47,936 bases of DNA, from positions 1 to 47,936 of the IMG/VR virus record IMGVR_UViG_3300037467_000310. The stretch is one strand, 5' to 3'. Within the stretch, counting starts at the first letter, position 1. Every line of letters starts with the position of its first letter. Below are positions 9,376 through 16,809 of the stretch, one piece after another. This DNA is from a virus. Its lineage: Duplodnaviria; Caudoviricetes. The notes below the pieces were generated by a model. That model did not search any database. It worked only from the letters and a program-made list of their open reading frames with translations, and had not been told where the DNA came from. The position numbers and the translations under genes are program-made.

Positions 9376-10551
9376 CTAATCGATGACTATCTCTGGCATC
9401 TCACCCAGTGCTTTGGCTGCATGTTCGGCGCCCCTAAAATGGGCTTCGGGGAGCAGGTGCGCATAGAGGTCAACTGTCATTTGGATGCTGTTGTGTCCGA
9501 GTCTTGCTGAGAGTTCGTACATGGGCATGCCTGCTTGAAGCATGATGGCCGCATGCAAATGTCTGAGTGAGTGGACGGTGACGTTTTTGGCGGATCCTGG
9601 CCCGAACCCAGCAGCTTTGCGGGGCTTCTCCCATGCCCGGTTGTAGAAGGCTTGGTGTGTCATGGCCCCGCCCTCTTTCATGCGGAACACGGGCCCACCA
9701 TCAGCGAGGGCTTTCGCGACGAGTGGCGCTACTGCCCGCGTGGTCGAGGGCGCTAGGGACACACGCCTACGGGACTTCTCGGACTTCGGGTCACCGACGT
9801 AGCGGGCGGGATTCTCGTCCCCGCCCAACTTGTGTGCCTTGGTGATGAACACGAGCGGCGGACGTACAACCTTGCCGTCTTTGTCATAGAGAGTCTCAAG
9901 GTCAAAGTCCCGCCCCGTCAGTGCGGTCGCTTCACTGAACCGGCACCCCGTCCCTAGCAGCATGGTTAGGAACGGCTGGAAGTGTTTGTCCACGCGGCTG
10001 TAGATGGCGTTGTAGTCGTCCATGGTGATGTCATCCCCATCGTCACCCACTCTGCGCTTCTTGGGCATCCTCACGCCGTCACACGGGTTCCTAGGGATGG
10101 TTCCTAGCCGAACCTGGGTGAGCATCGCCGCGCTTAGTAGTCCGTGCTTGTTAGCGATGGTCTTCGGCGCTTTGCCGCGGGCCTGCATCCATTTGATCCA
10201 AGACACGATGTCAGCGTTCGTGAGGCCGGCGACTTTTAGTGAACCCAAAGGCCCGTTGAAATGGTTACGAAGCGCTTCCCGGTACCGTTTGATCGTGTAC
10301 GGGGTCACATCAACAAGCTGACCAATGTGGTGCTCTATCGCCTCAGCAACGGTCGGGCCTTCTAGCTCGCCATTCTCGTAAACCTTTTTGGCTTGCACCA
10401 TCGAGTCGCCGTTAGCTTCAAGCAGCAGCTTCCACCGCTCAGCCTCGGCCATGTCATGGAAGCTCAGAGAACACTGCTTGCCGTCCTCCCGCCACAACAA
10501 CGAATGGTACAGGCTGCCATCCTTACGGGCGCGCGTACGGATACTAGCCAC
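9376..10551 (-). CDS. int: Tyrosine integrase
   Basis: Catalytic motifs 'TGCRFSE', 'HSLRH', 'LGH', 'DLYAH'; AGGAGG RBS. Confidence 0.97.
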   Translation of the reverse strand: MASIRTRARKDGSLYHSLLWREDGKQCSLSFHDMAEAERWKLLLEANGDSMVQAKKVYENGELEGPTVAEAIEHHIGQLVDVTPYTIKRYREALRNHFNGPLGSLKVAGLTNADIVSWIKWMQARGKAPKTIANKHGLLSAAMLTQVRLGTIPRNPCDGVRMPKKRRVGDDGDDITMDDYNAIYSRVDKHFQPFLTMLLGTGCRFSEATALTGRDFDLETLYDKDGKVVRPPLVFITKAHKLGGDENPARYVGDPKSEKSRRRVSLAPSTTRAVAPLVAKALADGGPVFRMKEGGAMTHQAFYNRAWEKPRKAAGFGPGSAKNVTVHSLRHLHAAIMLQAGMPMYELSARLGHNSIQMTVDLYAHLLPEAHFRGAEHAAKALGEMPEIVID

Positions 10552-10753
10552 GGGGCCTGCCTCCTTTATGAATGAGAGGCTTCCCGGCTATGCGGTGATT
10601 AACGTAAGCGAAGTATGTGTTGATGCTACGCAGTACCCTCGTCTTGGGGGAGGGAATTTGCATTGCTCTCGCAGCAGCGGTGCGGATGGCATGATCCTCA
10701 GGGGCCCAACCCTTCGCCGCGTCCTCTGCTAGAAGCTTGAACTTGCGAGTCAT
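10544..10753 (-). CDS. Hypothetical protein between xis and int
   Basis: ATG overlaps xis stop (ATGA); end overlaps int start. Confidence 0.5.
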   Translation of the reverse strand: MTRKFKLLAEDAAKGWAPEDHAIRTAAARAMQIPSPKTRVLRSINTYFAYVNHRIAGKPLIHKGGRPRG

Positions 10754-10950
10754 TGCTTGCTTTCCTCGAACGCTTGGTTGATCCAGTCGATAACGTCTTG
10801 CTCGCGGTACATGACCCTGCCTCCAATTTTGGCAGAGCGGGGGCCGGTCCCACTGTGACGCATCCACCGGAGTTGCGCCGGTGTTTTCCTCAGCATCTCA
10901 GCCACCTCTTGCAAGGTAAGCAGGTTGGGAACACTAGAGGGAGCGCTCAC
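10750..10950 (-). CDS. xis: Excisionase / AlpA-like HTH protein
   Basis: 'LLTLQEVAEMLR...GPRSAKIGGRVMYREQDVIDWI'; upstream of int. Confidence 0.8.
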   Translation of the reverse strand: MSAPSSVPNLLTLQEVAEMLRKTPAQLRWMRHSGTGPRSAKIGGRVMYREQDVIDWINQAFEESKQ

Positions 10951-11579
10951 AGTGACCGCTCCCTACGGATCTTTGCCGCAAGCCCGCGCCTGTCTTGGGT
11001 GAAGCCGTTGCGGCGCAACACAGCCCCCACAGTATTTACCCGGACCCCGTGGCGCTCAGCAATGGATCGAACAGTCTCGCCTTCATTGGCAGACTTGATA
11101 ATGTCAGCGTCTCTACTAGCGTTCGCCTCGGCCAGCTTTTGCACCCGAGACTTCGCACCTTTGGTTGCTGCACCGTTGGCATTGGCTTTGGCATTGCCGG
11201 ATGTACGCATTGCTTCCCAGTCATCTCGGTTTTGCAGCGCGGTCCTGGCTTTGGCTGATCGTTCAGGTGAGCAGATTGATACGCCGTAGGCGGGCAGCCC
11301 GGCGAGTTCCCGTAGTTCGGCGGGGCTTATTTCGTGCGCGCGACTAGTGTGTCCGGCTAGTACTTTGTAAGGCCCTGCCCCGCACCATGGGCACATCTGC
11401 GCTTCGATAGCGCGGAGGACAATGTGCGGCTCGATCCGCATGACGGATCCGTACGTGCCGGCTGCTAGCTCTGATGGCTGGTGCAGGGAGTTGTGGTCCG
11501 CCATGCTTCTTGACCAGCTCTGCCCGTTGCGGCTACCGAAGCTACCCGGCAGCGTGCGGACGTTGGTATCATTGGTCAT
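10947..11579 (-). CDS. DNA-binding protein with Ros/MucR-like zinc finger and C-terminal HTH
   Basis: CPWC-x10-H-x4-H-'ISPAELRELAGLP'; C-terminal 'TVRSIAERHGVRVNTVGAVLRR'. Confidence 0.65.
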   Translation of the reverse strand: MTNDTNVRTLPGSFGSRNGQSWSRSMADHNSLHQPSELAAGTYGSVMRIEPHIVLRAIEAQMCPWCGAGPYKVLAGHTSRAHEISPAELRELAGLPAYGVSICSPERSAKARTALQNRDDWEAMRTSGNAKANANGAATKGAKSRVQKLAEANASRDADIIKSANEGETVRSIAERHGVRVNTVGAVLRRNGFTQDRRGLAAKIRRERSL

Positions 11580-11636
11580 ATCGACTCCTAGAAAGTCGGT
11601 CGCACCCCTGGATGTTCACAGCATCGCAGGGGTTTT
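11580..11636 (-). promoter_or_regulatory. Structured 5' leader, family 1 copy A
   Basis: ACCCCTG-C-GATG/CATC-CAGGGGT hairpin plus CGACT/AGTCG hairpin over the GGAG RBS; homologous to 11950..12007. Confidence 0.75.
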
Positions 11637-11655
11637 ATTTTTGTGGATCAGTTCA

Positions 11656-11664
11656 AGTTTAACA
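11656..11664 (-). promoter_or_regulatory. Extended -10 promoter for HTH-xis-int operon
   Basis: TGTTAAACT (TGnTAnnnT) about 20 nt upstream of the leader. Confidence 0.5.
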
Positions 11665-11737
11665 TCATCTGCGTCAACGGGATAGGCTGCTGCGTCAACA
11701 GGGGCGGAAAGTTCCTTGATTTCTAGGGCCAAAACGA

Positions 11738-11766
11738 GTGGAGCTAAGGGGATTTGAACCCCTGAC
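11738..11766 (-). mobile_element. attP core = 3' end of a tRNA-Ala gene
   Basis: Minus strand GTCAGGGGTTCAAATCCCCTTAGCTCCAC: T-arm plus acceptor 3' strand TAGCTCC-A (U70, A73 = Ala identity); no 5' half present. Confidence 0.85.
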
Positions 11767-11772
11767 GGATCG

Positions 11773-11800
11773 TTGAATCTACTTGATTTCTAAGTATGAT
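11773..11800 (+). promoter_or_regulatory. Promoter TTGAAT-16-TATGAT overlapped by 19-bp operator (11779..11797)
   Basis: CTACTTGATTTCTAAGTAT lies between -35 and -10. Confidence 0.6.
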
Positions 11801-11908
11801 ACTCGGTCAATCAAGTATCTGATGTGTCAGGAGTGGGCGTTAGTGGTTGACGCCGCCATCACCCGACAACACTCGTTGACGCCGACATCAAGTAGATAGC
11901 GAAGCATC

Positions 11909-11941
11909 ATACCTGAATTTCAAGTAGATAGCTGGTAGAAT
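11909..11941 (+). promoter_or_regulatory. 19-bp operator (11909..11927) and extended -10 TGGTAGAAT of HNH gene
   Basis: ATACCTGAATTTCAAGTAG; extra half-site TCAAGTAG at 11888. Confidence 0.6.
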
Positions 11942-11949
11942 TGGGTAGT

Positions 11950-12007
11950 AAAAGCCCCCGCGATGTAGTGAGCATCCGGAGGCGTGACCGACTGAGTTGG
12001 AGTCGAT
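11950..12007 (+). promoter_or_regulatory. Structured 5' leader, family 1 copy B
   Basis: GCCCCCG-C-GATG/CATC-CGGAGGC hairpin plus CGACT/AGTCG hairpin over the RBS. Confidence 0.75.
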
Positions 12008-12478
12008 ATGAACTACCCTACCCTCGAAGAAAAGTTCTGGGCAAACGTTCGCAAGGCTGACGGCTGCTGGGAGTGGATGGGCAGCAAGATCAGGGGCCAC
12101 GGACGCGTCTCAGCACCGCGGACCGTCTACGCTCATCGCTTGTCCTACGAGCTACACAAGGGGCCGATTCCCCAGGGCCTGGAGATCGACCACATGTGCC
12201 ACAACAGGGCGTGCGTCAACCCAGAACATCTCCGCGCTGTCACTGATAAGCAGAACAACGAGAACCGCGCAGGAGCCAACCCGAACAGTAAGTCAGGCGT
12301 CCGGGGAGTGCACTGGCGTCCTGATGTGAAGAAGTGGCAGGTCGTCATCCATGCGGCAGGGAAGAAATACCATGTCGGCTACTTCGTGGATCTAGCGGAA
12401 GCCGGAGCGGCGGCGGTCGCTAAACGGAATGAACTGTTTACGCATAACGATGTGGACCGACTGCCGAAAGCTGCCTGA
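12008..12478 (+). CDS. Free-standing HNH homing endonuclease
   Basis: 'CWEW', 'AHRLSY', 'IDHMCHNRACVNPEHL', AP2-like C-terminus 'SGVRGVHW'. Confidence 0.92.
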   Translation: MNYPTLEEKFWANVRKADGCWEWMGSKIRGHGRVSAPRTVYAHRLSYELHKGPIPQGLEIDHMCHNRACVNPEHLRAVTDKQNNENRAGANPNSKSGVRGVHWRPDVKKWQVVIHAAGKKYHVGYFVDLAEAGAAAVAKRNELFTHNDVDRLPKAA

Positions 12479-12488
12479 TCCGGCTCGC

Positions 12489-12522
12489 CCATACCGTCAG
12501 CACTCTACCGCTGACGGTATGG
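12489..12522. terminator. Hairpin between convergent genes (probable terminator)
   Basis: CCATACCGTCAGC-actctacc-GCTGACGGTATGG, 13-bp perfect stem. Confidence 0.65.
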
Positions 12523-12569
12523 TTCTGACACCAAAGGCCCCCACCGAAGCGAGGGCCCTTGCGCGTTGT

Positions 12570-12803
12570 TCAGGCTTCGAGTGAGCCTTGTTCTTCTGCC
12601 ACTACTTCACCTGCGAGTGTTACCGGCGCTTGCCTGACTCGCAGACTGAGCCAGCTATCGAAGGCCGTAGGGTCTTCCATGCGGAGTAGTTCCGATTCCT
12701 TTGCCGCGTCGTAGTCCTCAATGGTCAGCTTCACCTCGCCGCCCAGCTTCCTGACTAGCGCGGCTATTACCAAGTGCTCATCTGTCATGTTGTCCATCCT
12801 CAT
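12570..12803 (-). CDS. Hypothetical protein
   Basis: Last gene of leftward operon; start uncertain among three ATGs. Confidence 0.6.
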   Translation of the reverse strand: MRMDNMTDEHLVIAALVRKLGGEVKLTIEDYDAAKESELLRMEDPTAFDSWLSLRVRQAPVTLAGEVVAEEQGSLEA

Positions 12804-12824
12804 TGCGTATTGGTGTCGGTAACG

Positions 12825-13181
12825 CTACGAATCAGTAAGCGCCCATTCCTGCTGGTAGTTGGGGTGGTCCGAGTAGACGGCGGCGAGGGCTTTGAGAAGA
12901 ACTTCGCTGGCAACGATCCAAGCCATATCGTCGTCATTGTCCTCTTGATTCTTTTGGGCGGCTAAGATCGCCCGTTTCGCCGCGCACTCAGCAAGGACGC
13001 GGGAGGGGTTGTGGCGCAGAACATGGCGGAACAATTTGCCGCCCCGCCCAGCAAATTCGCTTTGCTCACCCCACGGGTTGTCAGCCTCGGTTGGGTAGTC
13101 CTCATCTGGCACGTAAGCCGCAGCCCTAGCCGCCGCTTCGTCCTCGGCGATCCTGGCTTCCAGAAACTCAGTGATGGTCAT
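12825..13181 (-). CDS. DUF6221-like actinophage protein
   Basis: 'EFLEARIAEDE...RVLAECAAKRAIL...LAAVYSDHP.YQQEW'. Confidence 0.7.
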   Translation of the reverse strand: MTITEFLEARIAEDEAAARAAAYVPDEDYPTEADNPWGEQSEFAGRGGKLFRHVLRHNPSRVLAECAAKRAILAAQKNQEDNDDDMAWIVASEVLLKALAAVYSDHPNYQQEWALTDS

Positions 13182-13187
13182 GGCTTC

Positions 13188-13343
13188 CTATTCTCGTCCG
13201 TCGAGTGCGTGGTGTGTGATGAGCCAGCCGTTGGAACCGTCCTCACGGAACACAGCCTCAATGTCGGGGCCACAGATGCATCCCTGCCCAAGGTCGGAAT
13301 GCCTGACCAGATCGTTGCGCGGCAGAACATGCGCGGTGGTCAC
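13188..13343 (-). CDS. 51-aa hypothetical protein (His/Cys motif)
   Basis: MTTAHVLPRNDLVRH...CICGP...HHALDGRE, read by hand; GTGA overlap. Confidence 0.6.
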   Translation of the reverse strand: MTTAHVLPRNDLVRHSDLGQGCICGPDIEAVFREDGSNGWLITHHALDGRE

Positions 13344-13552
13344 GTGCCGCTCCTGTAGGGGTTGCCCGGTGATCCTGTTTCAGTCCAGCATCCGGCGCTC
13401 ATGAAGTCCGCCCCTTCGTCCCAGGCTTGCGCGGCGATGAACGGGACGGCAGCTTCAAGTGCCGTGTAGGCGATCTGGTATGCGCTCCGGTTAGCGTCCA
13501 CGGCTTCCAGAACCTTCCCCACCGCCGCTTCTACCGCCTCGTCACTGATCAC
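13340..13552 (-). CDS. Small 'DEAVEAA...WDEG...NPYRS' family protein
   Basis: Paralog of 13549..13788. Confidence 0.7.
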   Translation of the reverse strand: MISDEAVEAAVGKVLEAVDANRSAYQIAYTALEAAVPFIAAQAWDEGADFMSAGCWTETGSPGNPYRSGT

Positions 13553-13788
13553 AGTGTGCTCCTGTAAGGGTTGCGCTCGCGGCTAGTGGGCAGGTTTCTT
13601 TCGTCGTAGTTCCTCATATGCGCAGGGCCCGCTTCGATAAATCCCTCATCCCAGCCGCGGGCCAGAAGGAAAGGCGCTGCTGCTAGAACGGCCATTTTCG
13701 CTTGCTCGTCAAAGTAGATGACGCCGGTGTCGAATGCATCGCGCAGGGCCTGAGTCGCTGCTTCTACTGCTTCGTCGGGCACACTCAT
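13549..13788 (-). CDS. Small 'DEAVEAA...WDEG...NPYRS' family protein
   Basis: Paralog of 13340..13552; AAGGGG RBS. Confidence 0.7.
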   Translation of the reverse strand: MSVPDEAVEAATQALRDAFDTGVIYFDEQAKMAVLAAAPFLLARGWDEGFIEAGPAHMRNYDERNLPTSRERNPYRSTL

Positions 13789-13798
13789 GCTTTCCCCT

Positions 13799-13933
13799 TT
13801 AGTCATCGTGTTCCTCGCAGTCGCGGCAGTCGTTCTCGCAATTGTCGCCCTGCCCGTCATGGTGGGTGCAGTTCTCACAAGCACTACAAGGCGGGAAAAG
13901 GAAGCATGTGCATTCGTGACACTCGGCGCTCAT
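13799..13933 (-). CDS. 44-aa Cys/His-rich mini-protein
   Basis: MSAECHECTCFLFPPCSACENCTHHDGQGDNCENDCRDCEEHDD; GGGAGG RBS, ATGA overlap. Confidence 0.6.
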   Translation of the reverse strand: MSAECHECTCFLFPPCSACENCTHHDGQGDNCENDCRDCEEHDD

Positions 13934-14259
13934 GTTTCCTCCCGCAACGCCGCAACAACAGCACGGGCTTGGTCACGGAACTTCTCCTTGATCAAGCTGA
14001 ACTCGTGGTAGCCCTCCCAGTAATCGAGGCCGAGGTTATTGGCCGCACAAAGCAGTTTCGCCGCTCGTTCTATCGCGGCCTCACTGAAGGTGATCGCGTC
14101 AGCGGCGGCGAGTGCTCGGCGGGCGTCAGCTAGCGACTCTCGCTGTACCCGGTCGCGTGCCGCTGTCGGGCTTTCTCCGTGCGCCGCGAACGTCCACACC
14201 TGAGGACCCCATACACGCGGGGACATTGCGCGGGCGGCGGCTTCCACACGTGCGCTCAT
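13930..14259 (-). CDS. Hypothetical protein
   Basis: MSARVEAAARAM...; ATGA-coupled in operon. Confidence 0.65.
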   Translation of the reverse strand: MSARVEAAARAMSPRVWGPQVWTFAAHGESPTAARDRVQRESLADARRALAAADAITFSEAAIERAAKLLCAANNLGLDYWEGYHEFSLIKEKFRDQARAVVAALREET

Positions 14260-14432
14260 GCTGTCCCTGCTTCCCGGTACACCGTTTGAAGATGCTTGCC
14301 GTAGTGCTCGTCGACGTAATGGGCTTCCATGGCGTCGTGATTGGCTTGCGGGTCGATGCCGGTCACCTTGTGGTCGCACCAGCGCTGGAAGAAGCAATGA
14401 ACCGTGAACGTATCGAACAAGGTCTCACTCAT
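14256..14432 (-). CDS. 58-aa hypothetical protein (C2H2-like)
   Basis: MSETLFDTFTVHCFFQRWCDH...HYVDEH..., fills gap with ATGA overlaps on both sides. Confidence 0.55.
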   Translation of the reverse strand: MSETLFDTFTVHCFFQRWCDHKVTGIDPQANHDAMEAHYVDEHYGKHLQTVYREAGTA

Positions 14433-14743
14433 GCCGTGTCACCACCCAACGCCTGGGTGAGGGCGGTGAAGATCGCCCGGCTGGAATCGCGGTATACGGC
14501 GCGGGCCAGTGGTTCCAGCTTGGGATCAGTAGACATTTCGAATAGATCCCGTCGCGCCTTCTCCACCGCTTCCACTGCTGCGATGAGCTTGGCCTGATCC
14601 GTGGGGGCGTTCACTATAAGGCGGGCGTCAGCGATGCTGCCAACCGCTTTGAACGTCTTCCCCAAAGCATCAGTCCACGGTCCGGGTGTGGCTGCGGCGA
14701 GTCGGTCTTTCAGGGGCTGCAACAAGGACGGGATGGTGGTCAT
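14429..14743 (-). CDS. Ead/Ea22-like phage protein
   Basis: 'AAATPGPW...ADARLIVNAP' motif. Confidence 0.6.
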   Translation of the reverse strand: MTTIPSLLQPLKDRLAAATPGPWTDALGKTFKAVGSIADARLIVNAPTDQAKLIAAVEAVEKARRDLFEMSTDPKLEPLARAVYRDSSRAIFTALTQALGGDTA

Positions 14744-15051
14744 TTGGTGTCCTTGAAGTGGCGGCGAAGGTAGTCGATACCTGCCGTGGTGTGCCCGTCG
14801 CGTTCCCAGTAGTCGAGCTGCTTGAACAGCTCCCGGATCCGGCCCAACGGACTATCACCCTTGACATTCTTCGGCGGCTTGGCGTATCCGAGTTCGCGGA
14901 GGTGTTCAGCGATGTGGATTGCGTAATCAGCTTCGGTTGGGAAGTCGGCCCGCAACAGATCAGGGTCGATGCTTGCGTTGTCGGCGCGGAAGATGTCCCA
15001 TGCCAGCGTGTCAGCCCCGGCTGTCATTTCAATGGGGTCTGCGCCGCTCAT
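14740..15051 (-). CDS. Hypothetical protein
   Basis: ATGA-coupled in leftward operon. Confidence 0.6.
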   Translation of the reverse strand: MSGADPIEMTAGADTLAWDIFRADNASIDPDLLRADFPTEADYAIHIAEHLRELGYAKPPKNVKGDSPLGRIRELFKQLDYWERDGHTTAGIDYLRRHFKDTK

Positions 15052-15314
15052 GCGTACCACACGCTGTTCATGCGTACCCAGCCTTCGTAGCAGCCGGACA
15101 TTTCTTCACGCGCCGTGCATGCGTACCGGTAGCACCATCGTGACCCGTTCATGGCGGTGTAGCAGGACGTGTACATGGCGGCTTCGGCAGGTTGCGCTGG
15201 GGCTAACGGTGTTGCGGGGAGGGCCGCACCACCGACCGCTAACAGGCCGGCGACCCCGACCGTGACTAGCATGGATTTCAGGCGGGATTTAGCCCGCGTA
15301 GTTTGTGTGCTCAT
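15048..15314 (-). CDS. Secreted small protein: signal peptide plus ~43-aa mature peptide with 4 Cys
   Basis: Basic n-region, hydrophobic h-region, 'PAEA-A' cleavage motif; leaderless start 6 nt after -10. Confidence 0.7.
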   Translation of the reverse strand: MSTQTTRAKSRLKSMLVTVGVAGLLAVGGAALPATPLAPAQPAEAAMYTSCYTAMNGSRWCYRYACTAREEMSGCYEGWVRMNSVWYA

Positions 15315-15320
15315 TAACCT

Positions 15321-15353
15321 AGAATACCCCCTACCTACTTGATTTGTAAGTAG
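15321..15353 (-). promoter_or_regulatory. Leftward promoter TTACAA-17-TATTCT overlapped by 19-bp operator (15335..15353)
   Basis: CTACTTGATTTGTAAGTAG; extra half-site at 15367. Confidence 0.75.
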
Positions 15354-15391
15354 ATAGGAGGCATTTTCAAGTAGGTTCTGGGTGTTTCTAC

Positions 15392-15859
15392 TTAGGCGGC
15401 GAGCATAGCGGACATGCGCATACCTGACGGGTGGCCTGAGTAGCGGGCCTGAATCACAGGACACAACCGACAGCTAAGGCAGCCCGCAATAACGGCCTGC
15501 TCATCCGTCAACGTCGCGGCCCGATCCATGAGTACCTGCTTAGTCACCCCCAAATCGCGAGCAACCATCCCAAGGTTCTTCCCGTTCTTACAAACACCAA
15601 CAACCTTATCCAACGGCAGGAGTCTCTTAGCAGTCTCGTACCGGACAGCCATCTCCACCGCCTCAGACTGCAACGTACTATGCCCGTACTCAATATGTGT
15701 TAGCTCATGCTCGATAGCGCACCGAGTCTGAATCTCATCCAGGCGATCATCAACCCAAATATCCACACCATTAGTACGCGCAGGCACATCATCAGGCATA
15801 CGCACCCTGAAAACCAAAGCCACCAGCCAGCCCCCCATAACCTCACACCCCGACCCCAA
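15392..15859 (-). CDS. ImmA/IrrE-family metallopeptidase (anti-repressor)
   Basis: 'RCAIEHELTH' HExxH, downstream Glu, C-terminal HTH-like 'VARDLGVTKQVL'; next to repressor; true start may be 15838 or 15799. Confidence 0.8.
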   Translation of the reverse strand: MGSGCEVMGGWLVALVFRVRMPDDVPARTNGVDIWVDDRLDEIQTRCAIEHELTHIEYGHSTLQSEAVEMAVRYETAKRLLPLDKVVGVCKNGKNLGMVARDLGVTKQVLMDRAATLTDEQAVIAGCLSCRLCPVIQARYSGHPSGMRMSAMLAA

Positions 15860-15877
15860 CGGCCAACGACTGGATTA

Positions 15878-15900
15878 AGGATAAGGGTGAGGGTCTGACA
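15878..15900 (-). promoter_or_regulatory. Candidate RecA-NDp/PafBC-type DNA-damage promoter of the ImmA gene
   Basis: TGTCAG-N11-TATCCT versus consensus TGTCRG-N10-TAnnnT. Confidence 0.4.
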
Positions 15901-15938
15901 CTTTAGCCAACAACAAAAGCTACCGACCAGTACGAAAA

Positions 15939-16484
15939 CTAGTTAGCGCTAGGCCCAAAAGCACTAATGTCATCATCCCCATCATCATCCAAATGCTCAG
16001 GCTTATGACCCATCGCAGCCAAACCAAGCATCTCTTGGGAGAGAACATGCTGACCCTGGACGTTCAAACCGTCAAGAATAACCGACAAGCGCCGGATAAC
16101 CTCCTGCAAGAGCTGCCCTGTTGGGATCTGAGCCATCGGATCAGCGGTGGGCGAATCATACTGGTCCACATCTTCCATCTGGATAGTTGAAGCAGCCCGG
16201 TTTTCATCACTCAACAATTCACCAATGATGCCCGACCTCCAGCCAAGCGCCTTCTCTAGCCTGGTCTGGGTTAGTTCACGAGGCGCGAACTTGCCAAACT
16301 CGAAGTCGCGGATAGTGGCATCGGAGCGGATACCAGAGTGCTCTACGAGTGCGGCTCGACTGAAGCCCATCTCCTCGCGCCGGCGTCGGGCCAAAGAGCC
16401 TAGGCGACGAAGGATCGCTTCGTGCCCATAGTCGCGGCCATCCTGCTTATCCATGTCGTCCTCTAATCCTAAAAGTGTGCTCAT
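15939..16484 (-). CDS. Immunity repressor (XRE HTH)
   Basis: 'LARRRREEMGFSRAALVEHSGIRSDATIRDFEFG...LEKALGW'; divergent from cro-like gene. Confidence 0.8.
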   Translation of the reverse strand: MSTLLGLEDDMDKQDGRDYGHEAILRRLGSLARRRREEMGFSRAALVEHSGIRSDATIRDFEFGKFAPRELTQTRLEKALGWRSGIIGELLSDENRAASTIQMEDVDQYDSPTADPMAQIPTGQLLQEVIRRLSVILDGLNVQGQHVLSQEMLGLAAMGHKPEHLDDDGDDDISAFGPSAN

Positions 16485-16518
16485 AACTCCAATGTCCCCC
16501 TGCTGGTGTTGGTTCTCA

Positions 16519-16800
16519 ATACTTGCTGGTACTCCATTGCGGAGCCTGTAGATACCTGCTGGTACTCGTTCTGCTCATCCAAGTACCTGCATCTACTGGA
16601 CCTAGACTCACAAAAGTTTCTAGGTATTTGCAACGGTCGCCCGGAGTAGCTTAAGCCCGGAACCTTGGTATTGCGCGGTCAAATGGGCATCGAAGATACT
16701 TTCGAGCGACACCCCTACTTCCCTTAATTGGCGCGGAACCTTCAGGCCAATACCTAGAAATACCTAGCGAGGGGTTGCGCAAATACCTACCAATACCTAG
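16519..16800. repeat. Operator-like repeats in immunity region
   Basis: ATACYTGCTGGTACT at 16519 and 16552; AATACCTA(G/C) at 16749, 16759, 16782, 16792; inverted copy at 16620. Confidence 0.7.
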
Positions 16801-16803
16801 ACT
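16775..16803 (+). promoter_or_regulatory. Early lytic promoter TTGCGC-17-TAGACT, leaderless cro transcript
   Basis: ATG 6 nt after -10; two AATACCTA repeats fill the spacer. Confidence 0.7.
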
Positions 16804-16809
16804 TACTTC

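Larger units (their letters stand above)
11669..11890. repeat. Putative integrase arm-type sites flanking attP core
   Basis: CTGCGTCAAC at 11669 and 11690; inverted GTTGACGCCG(C/A)CATCA at 11846 and 11875. Confidence 0.7.

Noticed and set aside
11738-11766. Complete tRNA-Ala gene
   Set aside because: Only the T-arm and acceptor 3' strand are present; interpreted as attP core
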